Source of the DNA: an uncultured Methanosarcinales archaeon
Lineage (GTDB): Archaea; Nanobdellota; Nanobdellia; Woesearchaeales; CAYMBN01
Reading direction: 5' to 3'
Length of the DNA stretch: 64,000 nt
NCBI GenBank assembly: GCA_964388715.1
Contig: CAYMBN010000001.1
Span: 200,962-264,961, forward strand
Position 1 is the stretch's first letter. Each line of letters starts with the position of its first letter. This document shows positions 35,531-46,278 of the stretch, one piece after another. Under the pieces are notes generated by a model. The model was given only the letters and a program-made list of their open reading frames with translations, was not told the DNA's origin and searched no databases. A program made the position numbers and the translations under genes.

Positions 35531-36415
35531 TTATTTTCCATCTTGTTGAAATGCTAATAAATCTTCTGTGGTTAGTTTTTGTCTTTTCTTGATCTTTTCT
35601 TCAACACCCATTTTAATATCTTCTAGTTTTTTCTCGATCTTTTTCTTTTTTTCCTGCTTTTTCTTTGTTTTTAATTTATCTATCTTTTCCTTTATTGGAG
35701 CCACTTCTATAAGTTTCTTTTTCAATTCGTTGTTTATTTCAATAAATTGTTTTTTTAGTTGTATAAATTTTTCAAGAGCTTGTTTTTCTTTTTCTCTGAG
35801 TTCATCGATTTGTTTAGAATTTTCTATTATATGTTCGTGTTTCTCCTGAGATTCTTTTGCTCTACTTTGTACTTTTTTGTGTGTTTCATCTGCTTGCTTT
35901 TTTAGTGTATCTATTTCCTTTGATAACTTTTGAATTTGTTCAAAAACAGTACTTATCACTTTTACTTCATTATATTTCTTTTTAATGGTTTTAATCTGTT
36001 TCATGATTTCTTTTTCTTTTTCAAAACTCATTGGTTGAGTTTCTATTCTTGTTTCTAGTGCTTCTATTTCTGATTTTAACTTAGAAGGATCACCTTTTAT
36101 ATTGTGTTTTTTTAGAATATCTGTTTTTTTGGTTCTAAGTTCTTTAACAGACTGAATCTTCTTTTTAATGAATTCATTAAGTTTTTTTCTTTCTCCTTTA
36201 TCTTTCTTGACTTTAGTTGTGAATGAATCTCTCTTGTTTTTACTTTGTTTTATTTCCCTGATAAGCTTAAGAATTTCTTTAGTATATTTTTCCTTTTTCT
36301 CAAACCATGATTCTTTTTGGTCATTTATTTGGTTAAGTTTAGACCTTAGACTACTAACTTCCTTCTTTTTTTGATTAAATTGGTCAAATAATTCTTTCCT
36401 CGCATTATCTTGCAT
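35531..36415 (-). CDS. Archaeal coiled-coil protein (COG1340-like)
   Basis: Continuous heptads, IETQPMSFEKEK, ADETH, KLTTEDLLAFQ. Confidence 0.75.
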   Translation of the reverse strand: MQDNARKELFDQFNQKKKEVSSLRSKLNQINDQKESWFEKKEKYTKEILKLIREIKQSKNKRDSFTTKVKKDKGERKKLNEFIKKKIQSVKELRTKKTDILKKHNIKGDPSKLKSEIEALETRIETQPMSFEKEKEIMKQIKTIKKKYNEVKVISTVFEQIQKLSKEIDTLKKQADETHKKVQSRAKESQEKHEHIIENSKQIDELREKEKQALEKFIQLKKQFIEINNELKKKLIEVAPIKEKIDKLKTKKKQEKKKKIEKKLEDIKMGVEEKIKKRQKLTTEDLLAFQQDGK

Positions 36416-36422
36416 TGTAAAA

Positions 36423-36743
36423 CTAACCAAACAAAGCGCCTAAACCAGCAGCTGCTTGTTCCTCTGATTTTTTCTCTTCTTCAGCTGCCTTTTTTTCGTC
36501 TGCTTTTTTATCTTCAGCTTTTGGTGCATCTCCACCAGCAGCAGGAGCAGCAGCGACAGCGACAGGAGTTGCAGCTTTTTCAATAGCTTCATCAATATTA
36601 ACTCCATCAAGAGCAGCAACTAAAGCTTTAATCCTAGCATCATCTACCTTGACACCAGCAGCTTCAAGTACTTTTTTTACAGAATCTTCTTTGACTTCTT
36701 TACCAGCTTTATGCAATAACATTGCAGCGTATACGTATTCCAT
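36423..36743 (-). CDS. rpl12: 50S ribosomal stalk protein P1 (L12p)
   Basis: [11 protein letters not shown]...[10 protein letters not shown]. Confidence 0.96.
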   Translation of the reverse strand: MEYVYAAMLLHKAGKEVKEDSVKKVLEAAGVKVDDARIKALVAALDGVNIDEAIEKAATPVAVAAAPAAGGDAPKAEDKKADEKKAAEEEKKSEEQAAAGLGALFG

Positions 36744-36765
36744 TTTGTTCATCCTCCAATAATTA

Positions 36766-38343
36766 TTATTTTTTTTGCTCACGTTTCTTCTTTCTTTGAA
36801 GAAGTTCGTAAGCAGTAGGAACATCATCCTTTTTCTTTTGTACTTTTTCTTTTCTAAAATCACCAACAAGTTTTTCTGCACTTATTACTTCTGGTGGTGT
36901 TTCTTTTTCTTTAAGTTGTCCATTTTTGAATGATTGTTTTGTTTTTTCAATAATTTCTTTAGCAGATGGGACAGCATCTTCTTCAACTCCTTTAAGTGCG
37001 TCTTTTACTACTTCTCTAACTTTTTCAGCTGCTTTTTCTACTTTTTGTTTGGTTTCTTCAGGAGCTTTCTTTTCTTCTTCTGCTAATTTTTCAGTAACAT
37101 CAATAACTTCATCTTGAATCTTTTTTTCTGTTTTTTTTATTTCTTCTTGAATATCTTGAACAGGTTCTGATTTTGGTGGTTGAGGTTTAGGTTCTGGTTG
37201 AGGTTTTGGTTCTGGCTGAGGTTTTTCTACTGGTTTTAGTTCTTCCTCTTGTTTTGGTTCCTCAACTTTTGGTTCTTCTTTTTTAACTTCTGGAGCCTTT
37301 GGTTCTGGCTTCTTTTCTTCTTTTACTTCTTCCTTTGGCTTTTCTTCAACTTTTGGTTCAGGTTTTGGCTCTTCAACTTTTGGTTCTGGTTGTTTAGGCA
37401 CTTCTTTTGGTTTTTCTTCTGTCTTTGGCTGTTCTGCTGGTGTTTCCTCACTCTTAGGTTCTTCCTTTGGTTTTTCTTCAGGTTTTGCTTCTTCTGGAAT
37501 ATTAGCAGCAGTCTTTAAACCATTCATTTGTAAGTGTGCTTTTTGAACCATTTCTTTAACTGTTTCACTGCAAACAATGTTTTGTTCTGTTGCAAGTGCT
37601 TTTGCATCTCTAAATGCTTTTGCAATTGAAATTTCTGTGGTCTCTTTTGTAAGATGACCAATTTCAACGCATAAGTTGATTGCTTGTGATGCAAGTTTAG
37701 TAATATTATTAATATATTCTGTCTCGTCAACAGCAAGAATGTCTTTTGTAAAGATTGAACCATCTTCATAAACAGCAACAAGGTCAAGACCTACTTCCAT
37801 TGGTTCAATTCCTAAACGAGTTAGTAATTCTGCGACCTTTGCTTGGATTATTTCTCCTTCTTTAACAACAATAGAATCAGCTTTGATAGCAACTTTACCA
37901 TTTTCAACTCCTGTTTTAATACCAAGCATGCCTAATTCACCAATAATTGGGCCTGGTGCAAATGAAGTTGGACCTGCTTTAACAGTAATGTCCCTTGGAG
38001 CTGTCTGACCTGGTTTAGCAGGAGCAGAAGATTTGTTTTTTGAAAGCATTTTGTAAAGTTTGAAAGGGTTTTCTTTTGTAAAAAGTAATGCTGGCATACC
38101 TTTAAGGTGTTCAACAAGTTTTTCAACACCTTTCTTTTTTTCTTTTGCTTTATCAAATGCGAGTTTCATAAACCTTCTTTTGGTCATTTTGATTACAACA
38201 GAGTCTCTTAACTTTTCTCTCATCTTTTGTAGTTGTTGCGCTGGCAGATTTTCCATGTTAAGAGCACCAACAATAGGATAATCTAGTATTAATTTGCTGA
38301 ATTCAGTTACAATGTCCTTTTTGTATTGTGCTGCTTCTGTCAT
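36766..38343 (-). CDS. rpl10: 50S ribosomal protein uL10 (P0) with about 240-aa Pro/Glu/Lys-rich C-terminal extension
   Basis: [34 protein letters not shown]. Confidence 0.95.
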   Translation of the reverse strand: MTEAAQYKKDIVTEFSKLILDYPIVGALNMENLPAQQLQKMREKLRDSVVIKMTKRRFMKLAFDKAKEKKKGVEKLVEHLKGMPALLFTKENPFKLYKMLSKNKSSAPAKPGQTAPRDITVKAGPTSFAPGPIIGELGMLGIKTGVENGKVAIKADSIVVKEGEIIQAKVAELLTRLGIEPMEVGLDLVAVYEDGSIFTKDILAVDETEYINNITKLASQAINLCVEIGHLTKETTEISIAKAFRDAKALATEQNIVCSETVKEMVQKAHLQMNGLKTAANIPEEAKPEEKPKEEPKSEETPAEQPKTEEKPKEVPKQPEPKVEEPKPEPKVEEKPKEEVKEEKKPEPKAPEVKKEEPKVEEPKQEEELKPVEKPQPEPKPQPEPKPQPPKSEPVQDIQEEIKKTEKKIQDEVIDVTEKLAEEEKKAPEETKQKVEKAAEKVREVVKDALKGVEEDAVPSAKEIIEKTKQSFKNGQLKEKETPPEVISAEKLVGDFRKEKVQKKKDDVPTAYELLQRKKKREQKK

Positions 38344-38345
38344 TT

Positions 38346-38996
38346 TTATGCCACTTTAATTGGTTTACTCATTGTGAGTTTGATAAGTACTTTTTTGATA
38401 TTGTTTTTTTCATTTGGGAGATGGTGTATGATTGCATTGTATAAAGTGATTATGTTATCCATCAAAGCTTCTTCATCCATTTCTTCTGTTCCAACAGAAC
38501 ATTTGAATGCTGGTTCTGTTTTAACACTAACCTTAACTAATTTTTGTAATCTGTCGTATAATGGTCTTAGGTTTGCTTTTGGAGGTACAACACAACCTGC
38601 TTTTGGGTTTGGCATTTTACCTCTTGTACCTAAAATACGGCCAAATGTTGTTGCTACTTTTGCCATTACATTTGCCTGTGCAATGAAAAAGTCATATGTT
38701 TCTGCTAGTTTTTTTGTTGCTTTTTTATCTTTATACTTAGGAAAATCATCTGGACTGATTGTTAAGTCAAATATTTCTTTTGCTTGTGATAATAGTTCAG
38801 GACCTACAAAGGCGCAAACTTTAACTTTCTTACCTTTATCATGGTGTAGGTTTGTAAAGAAATCTACATGGTTTTCTGTTTTTTTAAGATCGAGACTTTT
38901 GAAGTTAAAGATTATGTCAATTGTCTGAGTAAAATTACGTTTTTTAGATTCAGCTTTTAATTTTTTTAGTGCTTCTGATAGTTTATTTTTATCCAT
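38346..38996 (-). CDS. rpl1: 50S ribosomal protein uL1
   Basis: KRNFTQTID, LGTRGKMPNPK, IKLTMSKP. Confidence 0.95.
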   Translation of the reverse strand: MDKNKLSEALKKLKAESKKRNFTQTIDIIFNFKSLDLKKTENHVDFFTNLHHDKGKKVKVCAFVGPELLSQAKEIFDLTISPDDFPKYKDKKATKKLAETYDFFIAQANVMAKVATTFGRILGTRGKMPNPKAGCVVPPKANLRPLYDRLQKLVKVSVKTEPAFKCSVGTEEMDEEALMDNIITLYNAIIHHLPNEKNNIKKVLIKLTMSKPIKVA

Positions 38997-39003
38997 TTAA
39001 GCT

Positions 39004-39030
39004 CCCTCCTACATTACGTAGTATCACGGG
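39004..39030 (-). promoter_or_regulatory. Putative uL1-binding autoregulatory leader (23S rRNA mimic) over the ribosome-binding site
   Basis: mRNA CCCG-UGAUA-CUAC-GUAAU-GUAG-GAG-GG just before the rpl1 ATG. Confidence 0.55.
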
Positions 39031-39103
39031 TAATATTGGTTAGAAAATGGAATTTATTTATAAAGTTAACTGTTTGTGAGGTGTGTTACTGTTCAAAGCC
39101 TGT

Positions 39104-40990
<1,887 letters not shown>

Positions 40991-41120
40991 TTACCGTCGA
41001 GAATAGCCATCAAAATTTGGCTTATTTTAATATAAAATAATACGAGTTTCTTTATATAACTTTCGTTTTTAAAATGATAGTAGATGAGCTGTACCTAAAG
41101 AATTTAGGGGTTTGAGCAAA

Positions 41121-41687
41121 TTATTTAATCATTGATTTATTGAAAAAAGACCTGCATTTTTTGTCTTTTTTAAGTTCTGTTTTTAGGGAATTAAAGATTT
41201 TTGTAATGTTTTTATGGAGTTGTTTTTGTTTTCTACAGAGGTCTGATAATTGTTGAATGTTATTGTTTTTGATGTTAAATTTTTTTGAAAGGATTTTATA
41301 ATTTCTTTTTAAGGTAATTAACTTTTTTCTAAAGTCATCAATGTCAGCTGAAATAAAATTTAAGTTCATGTCATCTTGCTGTAAAAATTTGTAAAGAATT
41401 TTTCTTGTAACTCTGTAATCTTTGGTTAGTGTGTTTACTTTTAATCTGCCAAGGTAGCAAGCAAGGCCTTCTAAATTATCACTGATTCTTTGTTTTAGAA
41501 TTAGTCCATCATATAGAAATTTTAATTTTGCAAGTGCGTTGTTAGTTTGTTTTTTTTCTCTTTCAGAAAGTTTTTTGAATTTGGTTATGCTAATTTGAGA
41601 TTTGATTGAAGTGTAAAAACTAGGCATAAGTTCTTCTATGTTTTCTAAGTCAAATACTTTGTCTCTTACTTGTCTAATTGGATTCAT
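41121..41687 (-). CDS. Hypothetical basic helical protein
   Basis: 188-aa ORF with upstream TATA. Confidence 0.65.
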   Translation of the reverse strand: MNPIRQVRDKVFDLENIEELMPSFYTSIKSQISITKFKKLSEREKKQTNNALAKLKFLYDGLILKQRISDNLEGLACYLGRLKVNTLTKDYRVTRKILYKFLQQDDMNLNFISADIDDFRKKLITLKRNYKILSKKFNIKNNNIQQLSDLCRKQKQLHKNITKIFNSLKTELKKDKKCRSFFNKSMIK

Positions 41688-41733
41688 ATTAAGAAAGAAT
41701 GTATTTTGATATATAAATGCTTTTATGCTTCAT

Positions 41734-41887
41734 TGTTTTTGTCAAGAATTTGGCATTGGTACTATGCATAGTGTCATGCCTGTAAAAAACACGAAAACAT
41801 GCTTTTTTAAATTAAGGTTTTCGCTATTACTGTCTTACGATCCGAATAAATGTTTTTTACAAGAATTTGGCATAGACATTATGCATA
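41734..41887. repeat. Imperfect direct repeat, two units 117 bp apart
   Basis: CAAGAATTTGGCAT at 41743 and 41860, each followed by ATGCATA. Confidence 0.75.
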
Positions 41888-41907
41888 TATTAGATATTAT
41901 GTATGTT

Positions 41908-42636
41908 TTATACACAGGTGTTTGCTGATGTACAACTTCCACCGCAACTGCATACTGTTGCTGTTACTGTTACTGTAGTACCTACTGAACCAGATGATGC
42001 GTCTGATGGAACTGCTACAACAAAATCAATACCATACTCATCATTATCATCGTCATAATTTAGTGCACCACATGATATGTTTGTTTTGTTTGCTAGCACT
42101 GATGTTGGTGTGTTTGGGAATACACTTCCTGTATCGCCAAAAGTATTGTTTTTACAATTTACTCCTCCGATTGATGCTGCAAACCATTTGAATGCTTTTT
42201 GAGTTGAAGAACTCCAAGCAGTCCAACTAGATGTGTTTTCATTAAAAGAAACATTTATTCTTGCCCATGTGTTACCTTGATTTTCTAAAACAAGGCCTGT
42301 TGTAATATTGTTAAAATCCCAACAACCTGAGTTACTTGCATTGATATTTTTATCACATTCAGCAGGAGTTGTGTTTGTACAAAGAGTACAATTACCAGAA
42401 CCTGTTGCAACACTACCAGAACCCCAGGTTATGTTATCTGTTGTAAGGTTAATGCTAAGTAGTGTTCCTACTGTTGCATTTGCCATTCCTGTGTCACTTG
42501 TTTGGTTTGTTGCCATGCCAGTTATCATGCGCATGTATAATGCAGCTGGTTGAGTTGTAAGGATTCCTATGATTGAGATTAAGATTGCAATAAATATCAA
42601 AATTGCCATTGTTTTGTTTGAAAGTTCTTTAGTCAT
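41908..42636 (-). CDS. Membrane-anchored Asn/Thr/Cys-rich surface protein
   Basis: N-terminal TM, ITGMA motif, many NxS/T sites, paired cysteines. Confidence 0.78.
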   Translation of the reverse strand: MTKELSNKTMAILIFIAILISIIGILTTQPAALYMRMITGMATNQTSDTGMANATVGTLLSINLTTDNITWGSGSVATGSGNCTLCTNTTPAECDKNINASNSGCWDFNNITTGLVLENQGNTWARINVSFNENTSSWTAWSSSTQKAFKWFAASIGGVNCKNNTFGDTGSVFPNTPTSVLANKTNISCGALNYDDDNDEYGIDFVVAVPSDASSGSVGTTVTVTATVCSCGGSCTSANTCV

Positions 42637-42839
42637 TTTACAGTTAGATTAACCTCACCTGTATCTGTTGATTGAGTATCAATTGGTTTTTCAACTGTTA
42701 AACCAATTTGTGCTGAGGATTCTGATTTTGGAGGTGATGTTAGTGCTGGTTTTTGGTTTAGCACAAAGATAGTGCTTAAAATAGATATAATTATTGTTAA
42801 TAGAATCAAAACTGCTACCACCTTTTTTGAAATGTCCAT
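42633..42839 (-). CDS. Small membrane-anchored protein coupled to the surface protein gene
   Basis: MDISKKVVAVLILLTIIIS; ATGA overlap; N-terminus similar to next gene. Confidence 0.7.
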   Translation of the reverse strand: MDISKKVVAVLILLTIIISILSTIFVLNQKPALTSPPKSESSAQIGLTVEKPIDTQSTDTGEVNLTVK

Positions 42840-43148
42840 ATTCTTCTTTTATATTAAACTAATATTTAAATCTTTTCTTAAAACAGCGAAAAGTTTATAT
42901 ACTAGTGTTACTTATTAGTATATTAATATATGAATTGTATGAGTTGTTGCTTTTAGTATAAAATGGGGAAAGAGAGGCTGATGTGATGAAAATTAAAATT
43001 TTCAGCACATTCCAAAATTTGAAATGAATCTAAAAAAACTAAATGCTGTAAGATGTTTTAGAAAGGTTTCAAGAAAATATTCTAGGCGTGATCCTATTTA
43101 TTATAATGTACAACAGAATTTAGTGATTGTTAGCACTTTAAAGGCTTC

Positions 43149-44960
43149 TTAAAGAATTATTCTAACATTTTCTCTATTATTTAATGCTTCTGCAAGTATT
43201 TTGCCTAGTTTGTTTGATCTACGGATTTTTATTAAAGCTGTTTTACTTGCTTTTGCGCTCATTAAATAATCATCATCAATAAATATGTCAACATCTTTGT
43301 TTTTCATCTTTATATCAAGGTAAAGTAGTATTTGTTTCTTGCTAATATTGAATTCAAATGGTACTGTGTCTCCTGTTGGTTGTGTTGATTGGTCTAGCTC
43401 TTGTACATCAATGCTTAAACCAAGTTTTTTCTCAAGTGCTTCAATATTTTTTCCTTGTTTACCAATAATTCTTGCAATGTTTTTTTCTGGAACTCTTACA
43501 ATACATTTGTTGTCTGAAACAACATCAACTTCAACTTGGTCTGAATAATTTTTGAATGTACGTTCTATTTCATTTGCTGCTAATCTTTTTGCACCTGTTA
43601 TTTTTCCTGTTGATTCACTAGCTGTAACAGGAATAACAACTGTTTGTTCACCATAAGTATAAATTTCATATTCTAATTTTTGTGTTTCAAAATCGTTTAC
43701 AACTACAACAGGACGTGCTAGATCTGCTTCTGTCATTCCGCTTGGTACTTTGACTGTCATGCCTAAGCTAAGAACTTTGTCAACTTGGCCATTTTTTATG
43801 AAAACAACTGTATCAATGATCTGTGGAATGACTCCCATTTCAACACGGCCTATAAATCTTTGAATTGCATCAATTGGATTTGTTGCGTGAACAACACCTA
43901 CCATACCAACACCTGCTAAACGCATGTCTGCAAAAAGTTTAAAATCGTCTGTGTTACGCATTTCATCAAAGATAGTGTAATCTGGACGTGATAAGAGAAG
44001 AATATCATGTATTTCTTGGCTTGAACCGTGGCTGATTGCATATTGAGTTATTGATTCCGGAAGAATAAGGTCTCGAGGTGCTTCAACTGTTTTTACAATC
44101 TTATTTTGTAAAGCATAATGAACTGCTAGTGCTTGTGCAAAAGTTGATTTACCCATACCTGGTGCACCTGCAATAAGAATACCTTCTGCTTGTTCTGCAA
44201 TACGTTGCTTAAGTTTTTCAGTTAATTTATAATCTTCAAGTTCTAATCTTTTTACAGGATGTACTGCTGTTATTTCCCAACCATCTGCAAAAGGTGGCTT
44301 TGTGATAACAATTCTAAATTTACCTAATTGAACTATTGTTGAACCTGGTCTGTCAATTTCAATAAAAGAGTCTCTTCTTATCTTTGTTTCTTCAATTATT
44401 TCTTCTGCAATCTCTTGGATTTGTTTTTGGGTTAGTTGTTTTTTTGATACTTTTTCAAATTTCCAGTTTCCTGGCATACCTTTTTTTGCAAAAGCTTCAA
44501 CTTCTTGCCTTAAGTGAACACTCATTGTTAGTTCGTCAAAGAATTTTTCTAATTTAATTTTCTTTTTTGTTGTTGAAGGTTGAATATGAAGGACTTTCAT
44601 GCCACGTGCTTCTGCAACTTTTGCTTGAACTCTATCTGCTGTGATTAAAGTTGCATCTTCATCATATGCAAGTTTACGGATCAGTGCGTCAATTTCACCT
44701 AAAGAAGCGTGTTTGATTTCAACTGCTTTTGGTCTTTGACCTGAGAATTTTAATTGTGCTAAAGAAGATAATCTTTTTATTTCATCTAAACCAAGAAAAC
44801 CAATCACTTTGTTTTGGTTTGCTTGATGTTCAAGTTCAGCAAGAGCTGCTTCATGGATAATGATTTCTTGTATTTTGAATTCTTTCTTGTTTATTTTGTT
44901 TGAAAGGATTCCTTCAATTAAGACAGAAGTGTCTGGTACTATTTTGTCGAATTTTTGCAT
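43149..44960 (-). CDS. PINA: PIN-domain/VirB11-like ATPase with KH domain
   Basis: VPDTSVL, GAPGMGKSTFAQAL, RPDYTIFDEMR, IIGKQGKNI. Confidence 0.93.
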   Translation of the reverse strand: MQKFDKIVPDTSVLIEGILSNKINKKEFKIQEIIIHEAALAELEHQANQNKVIGFLGLDEIKRLSSLAQLKFSGQRPKAVEIKHASLGEIDALIRKLAYDEDATLITADRVQAKVAEARGMKVLHIQPSTTKKKIKLEKFFDELTMSVHLRQEVEAFAKKGMPGNWKFEKVSKKQLTQKQIQEIAEEIIEETKIRRDSFIEIDRPGSTIVQLGKFRIVITKPPFADGWEITAVHPVKRLELEDYKLTEKLKQRIAEQAEGILIAGAPGMGKSTFAQALAVHYALQNKIVKTVEAPRDLILPESITQYAISHGSSQEIHDILLLSRPDYTIFDEMRNTDDFKLFADMRLAGVGMVGVVHATNPIDAIQRFIGRVEMGVIPQIIDTVVFIKNGQVDKVLSLGMTVKVPSGMTEADLARPVVVVNDFETQKLEYEIYTYGEQTVVIPVTASESTGKITGAKRLAANEIERTFKNYSDQVEVDVVSDNKCIVRVPEKNIARIIGKQGKNIEALEKKLGLSIDVQELDQSTQPTGDTVPFEFNISKKQILLYLDIKMKNKDVDIFIDDDYLMSAKASKTALIKIRRSNKLGKILAEALNNRENVRIIL

Positions 44961-45075
44961 TTTAATAAGAAATAGGGAGAAGGGATATTTAAGAGTTGTG
45001 CTGTATATTGTTATCACTTTATAGTGGTGTAAAAGCGAAAGGTTTATAAAGGAGTAGTTTTTCTTTTTTATTAAG

Positions 45076-45162
45076 TAGTTTGGTCAGTTTTCATTCTTAT
45101 AATGAAGACCCCCCAATAACCAAGCTATTTATAAGAAAGTGTCCTGCAAAGGATGCTTTCTT
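45076..45162 (+). promoter_or_regulatory. Structured 5' leader (two hairpins) after BRE/TATA
   Basis: TAGTTTGGT...ACCAAGCTA and AGAAAGTGTCCT-GCAA-AGGATGCTTTCT (GNRA loop). Confidence 0.5.
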
Positions 45163-45186
45163 CTAATAATTCAAAAGGTGGAAAAT

Positions 45187-45282
45187 ATGGCTGAAGTTGG
45201 AAGATGCGATAAATGTAGAGCAAAAAGAATTGTTAAGCATAAGCTTTGTAAAAGATGTAGAATGAGGAATGGAACTAAATGA
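45187..45282 (+). CDS. 31-aa CxxC/CxxC zinc-finger microprotein
   Basis: MAEVGRCDKCRAKRIVKHKLCKRCRMRNGTK; AAGGTGG site. Confidence 0.6.
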   Translation: MAEVGRCDKCRAKRIVKHKLCKRCRMRNGTK

Positions 45283-45443
45283 CTGGAATAAGACATGCTT
45301 TTCAAAAGGTAAAAGAAGATATTTATCATTTAAAGAATGTTGTTTATGATTGGATTATGTTTTTTAACCAAAAACAGAATGATGTTGAGAAGAAGGTTGT
45401 TGAGCTTGAGTATAGATTAAAGATGTTGGAGGAGAAGAGATGA
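45279..45443 (+). CDS. 54-aa coiled-coil microprotein
   Basis: MTGIRHAFQKVKEDIYHLKNVVYDWIMFF...; ATGA overlaps at both ends. Confidence 0.7.
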   Translation: MTGIRHAFQKVKEDIYHLKNVVYDWIMFFNQKQNDVEKKVVELEYRLKMLEEKR

Positions 45444-45892
45444 AGTTGGAAGAATTAGATCAGGATGTTATTGATAAAGCATTGTTAGTTTATTATAAAT
45501 ATGCTAATCCAAATCATGAAGAAAAATCTAGATTAGATCAAAAACTTTGTGATTTACTTGGTTATGATGGAAAAATAACTAATGAAAATTTAAAGAGGGA
45601 TATTCAAGATATTTTAAAGAAATATTATCTATCTAATAATTCTCATGTAAGTGATGAAAGTTATCATCCTATTACTTTAGATGAGGTTGAGAGATCTTTT
45701 TTTGCTGGGCATATGTATCAAGTAAGATTAGGTAGTGAAGATGGACAAACACTTGGAATTGTTATTAGTGTTGATGAAAAAAGACGTGTTTTATTTGATG
45801 TTGATACTAAAAGTAATGTTATAACAAAAGAAAAACAAGATATTAAAGAAATGTGGGAATTATATGGTATACCTATAACACTGGTCAATTAA
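45440..45892 (+). CDS. Hypothetical protein
   Basis: 150-aa ORF with GGAGG site and ATGA overlap. Confidence 0.7.
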   Translation: MKLEELDQDVIDKALLVYYKYANPNHEEKSRLDQKLCDLLGYDGKITNENLKRDIQDILKKYYLSNNSHVSDESYHPITLDEVERSFFAGHMYQVRLGSEDGQTLGIVISVDEKRRVLFDVDTKSNVITKEKQDIKEMWELYGIPITLVN

Positions 45893-45893
45893 A

Positions 45894-46031
45894 ATGGATG
45901 ATGTAGATAAGCTTGAGGAGATTAAGGAAAATAAAGAAAAACCTGATTTTGTTAAGGTTTTGAATAAGAGAGATTTAGATAGGTTTGAACTTGATGTTTT
46001 GATGAATGATGAGGATTTGAAAGAGTCCTGA
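45894..46031 (+). CDS. 45-aa acidic hypothetical protein
   Basis: ATG 1 nt after previous stop; MDDVDKLEEIKENKEKPDF... Confidence 0.45.
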   Translation: MDDVDKLEEIKENKEKPDFVKVLNKRDLDRFELDVLMNDEDLKES

Positions 46032-46094
46032 GCTTGTTTTTTCTAGTGTTTTTTAATAAAATTTATAAATCACATAAAAAATAATCTATTATAT

Positions 46095-46247
46095 GCCGTG
46101 GTGGCACAACCTGGTAAATGGCGAGGCTTGTCCGAGCCTCACTTTCAGGAAACTGCGCAAGCCTGGAAAGCTTGTTTCCTATGGATATCCCAGAGATTTT
46201 TAAGGAAATTTCTTAGAAATCGGGGAATTCAAATCTGGGCCACGGCG
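46095..46247 (+). tRNA. tRNA-Ser(GGA) with two non-canonical introns (D-loop about 36 nt; T-arm 53/54 about 34 nt)
   Basis: GCCGTGG/CCACGGC-G; CAAGC-CTGGAAA-GCTTG; exons nearly match tRNA-Ser(GCT). Confidence 0.88.
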
Positions 46248-46278
46248 TTTTTTCTTAATAAAAAAGAATTATTTTAGT

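Noticed and set aside
43024..43152. 42-aa ORF MNLKKLNAVRCF...
   Set aside because: No clear ribosome-binding site or recognisable motif; cannot be supported from sequence alone.
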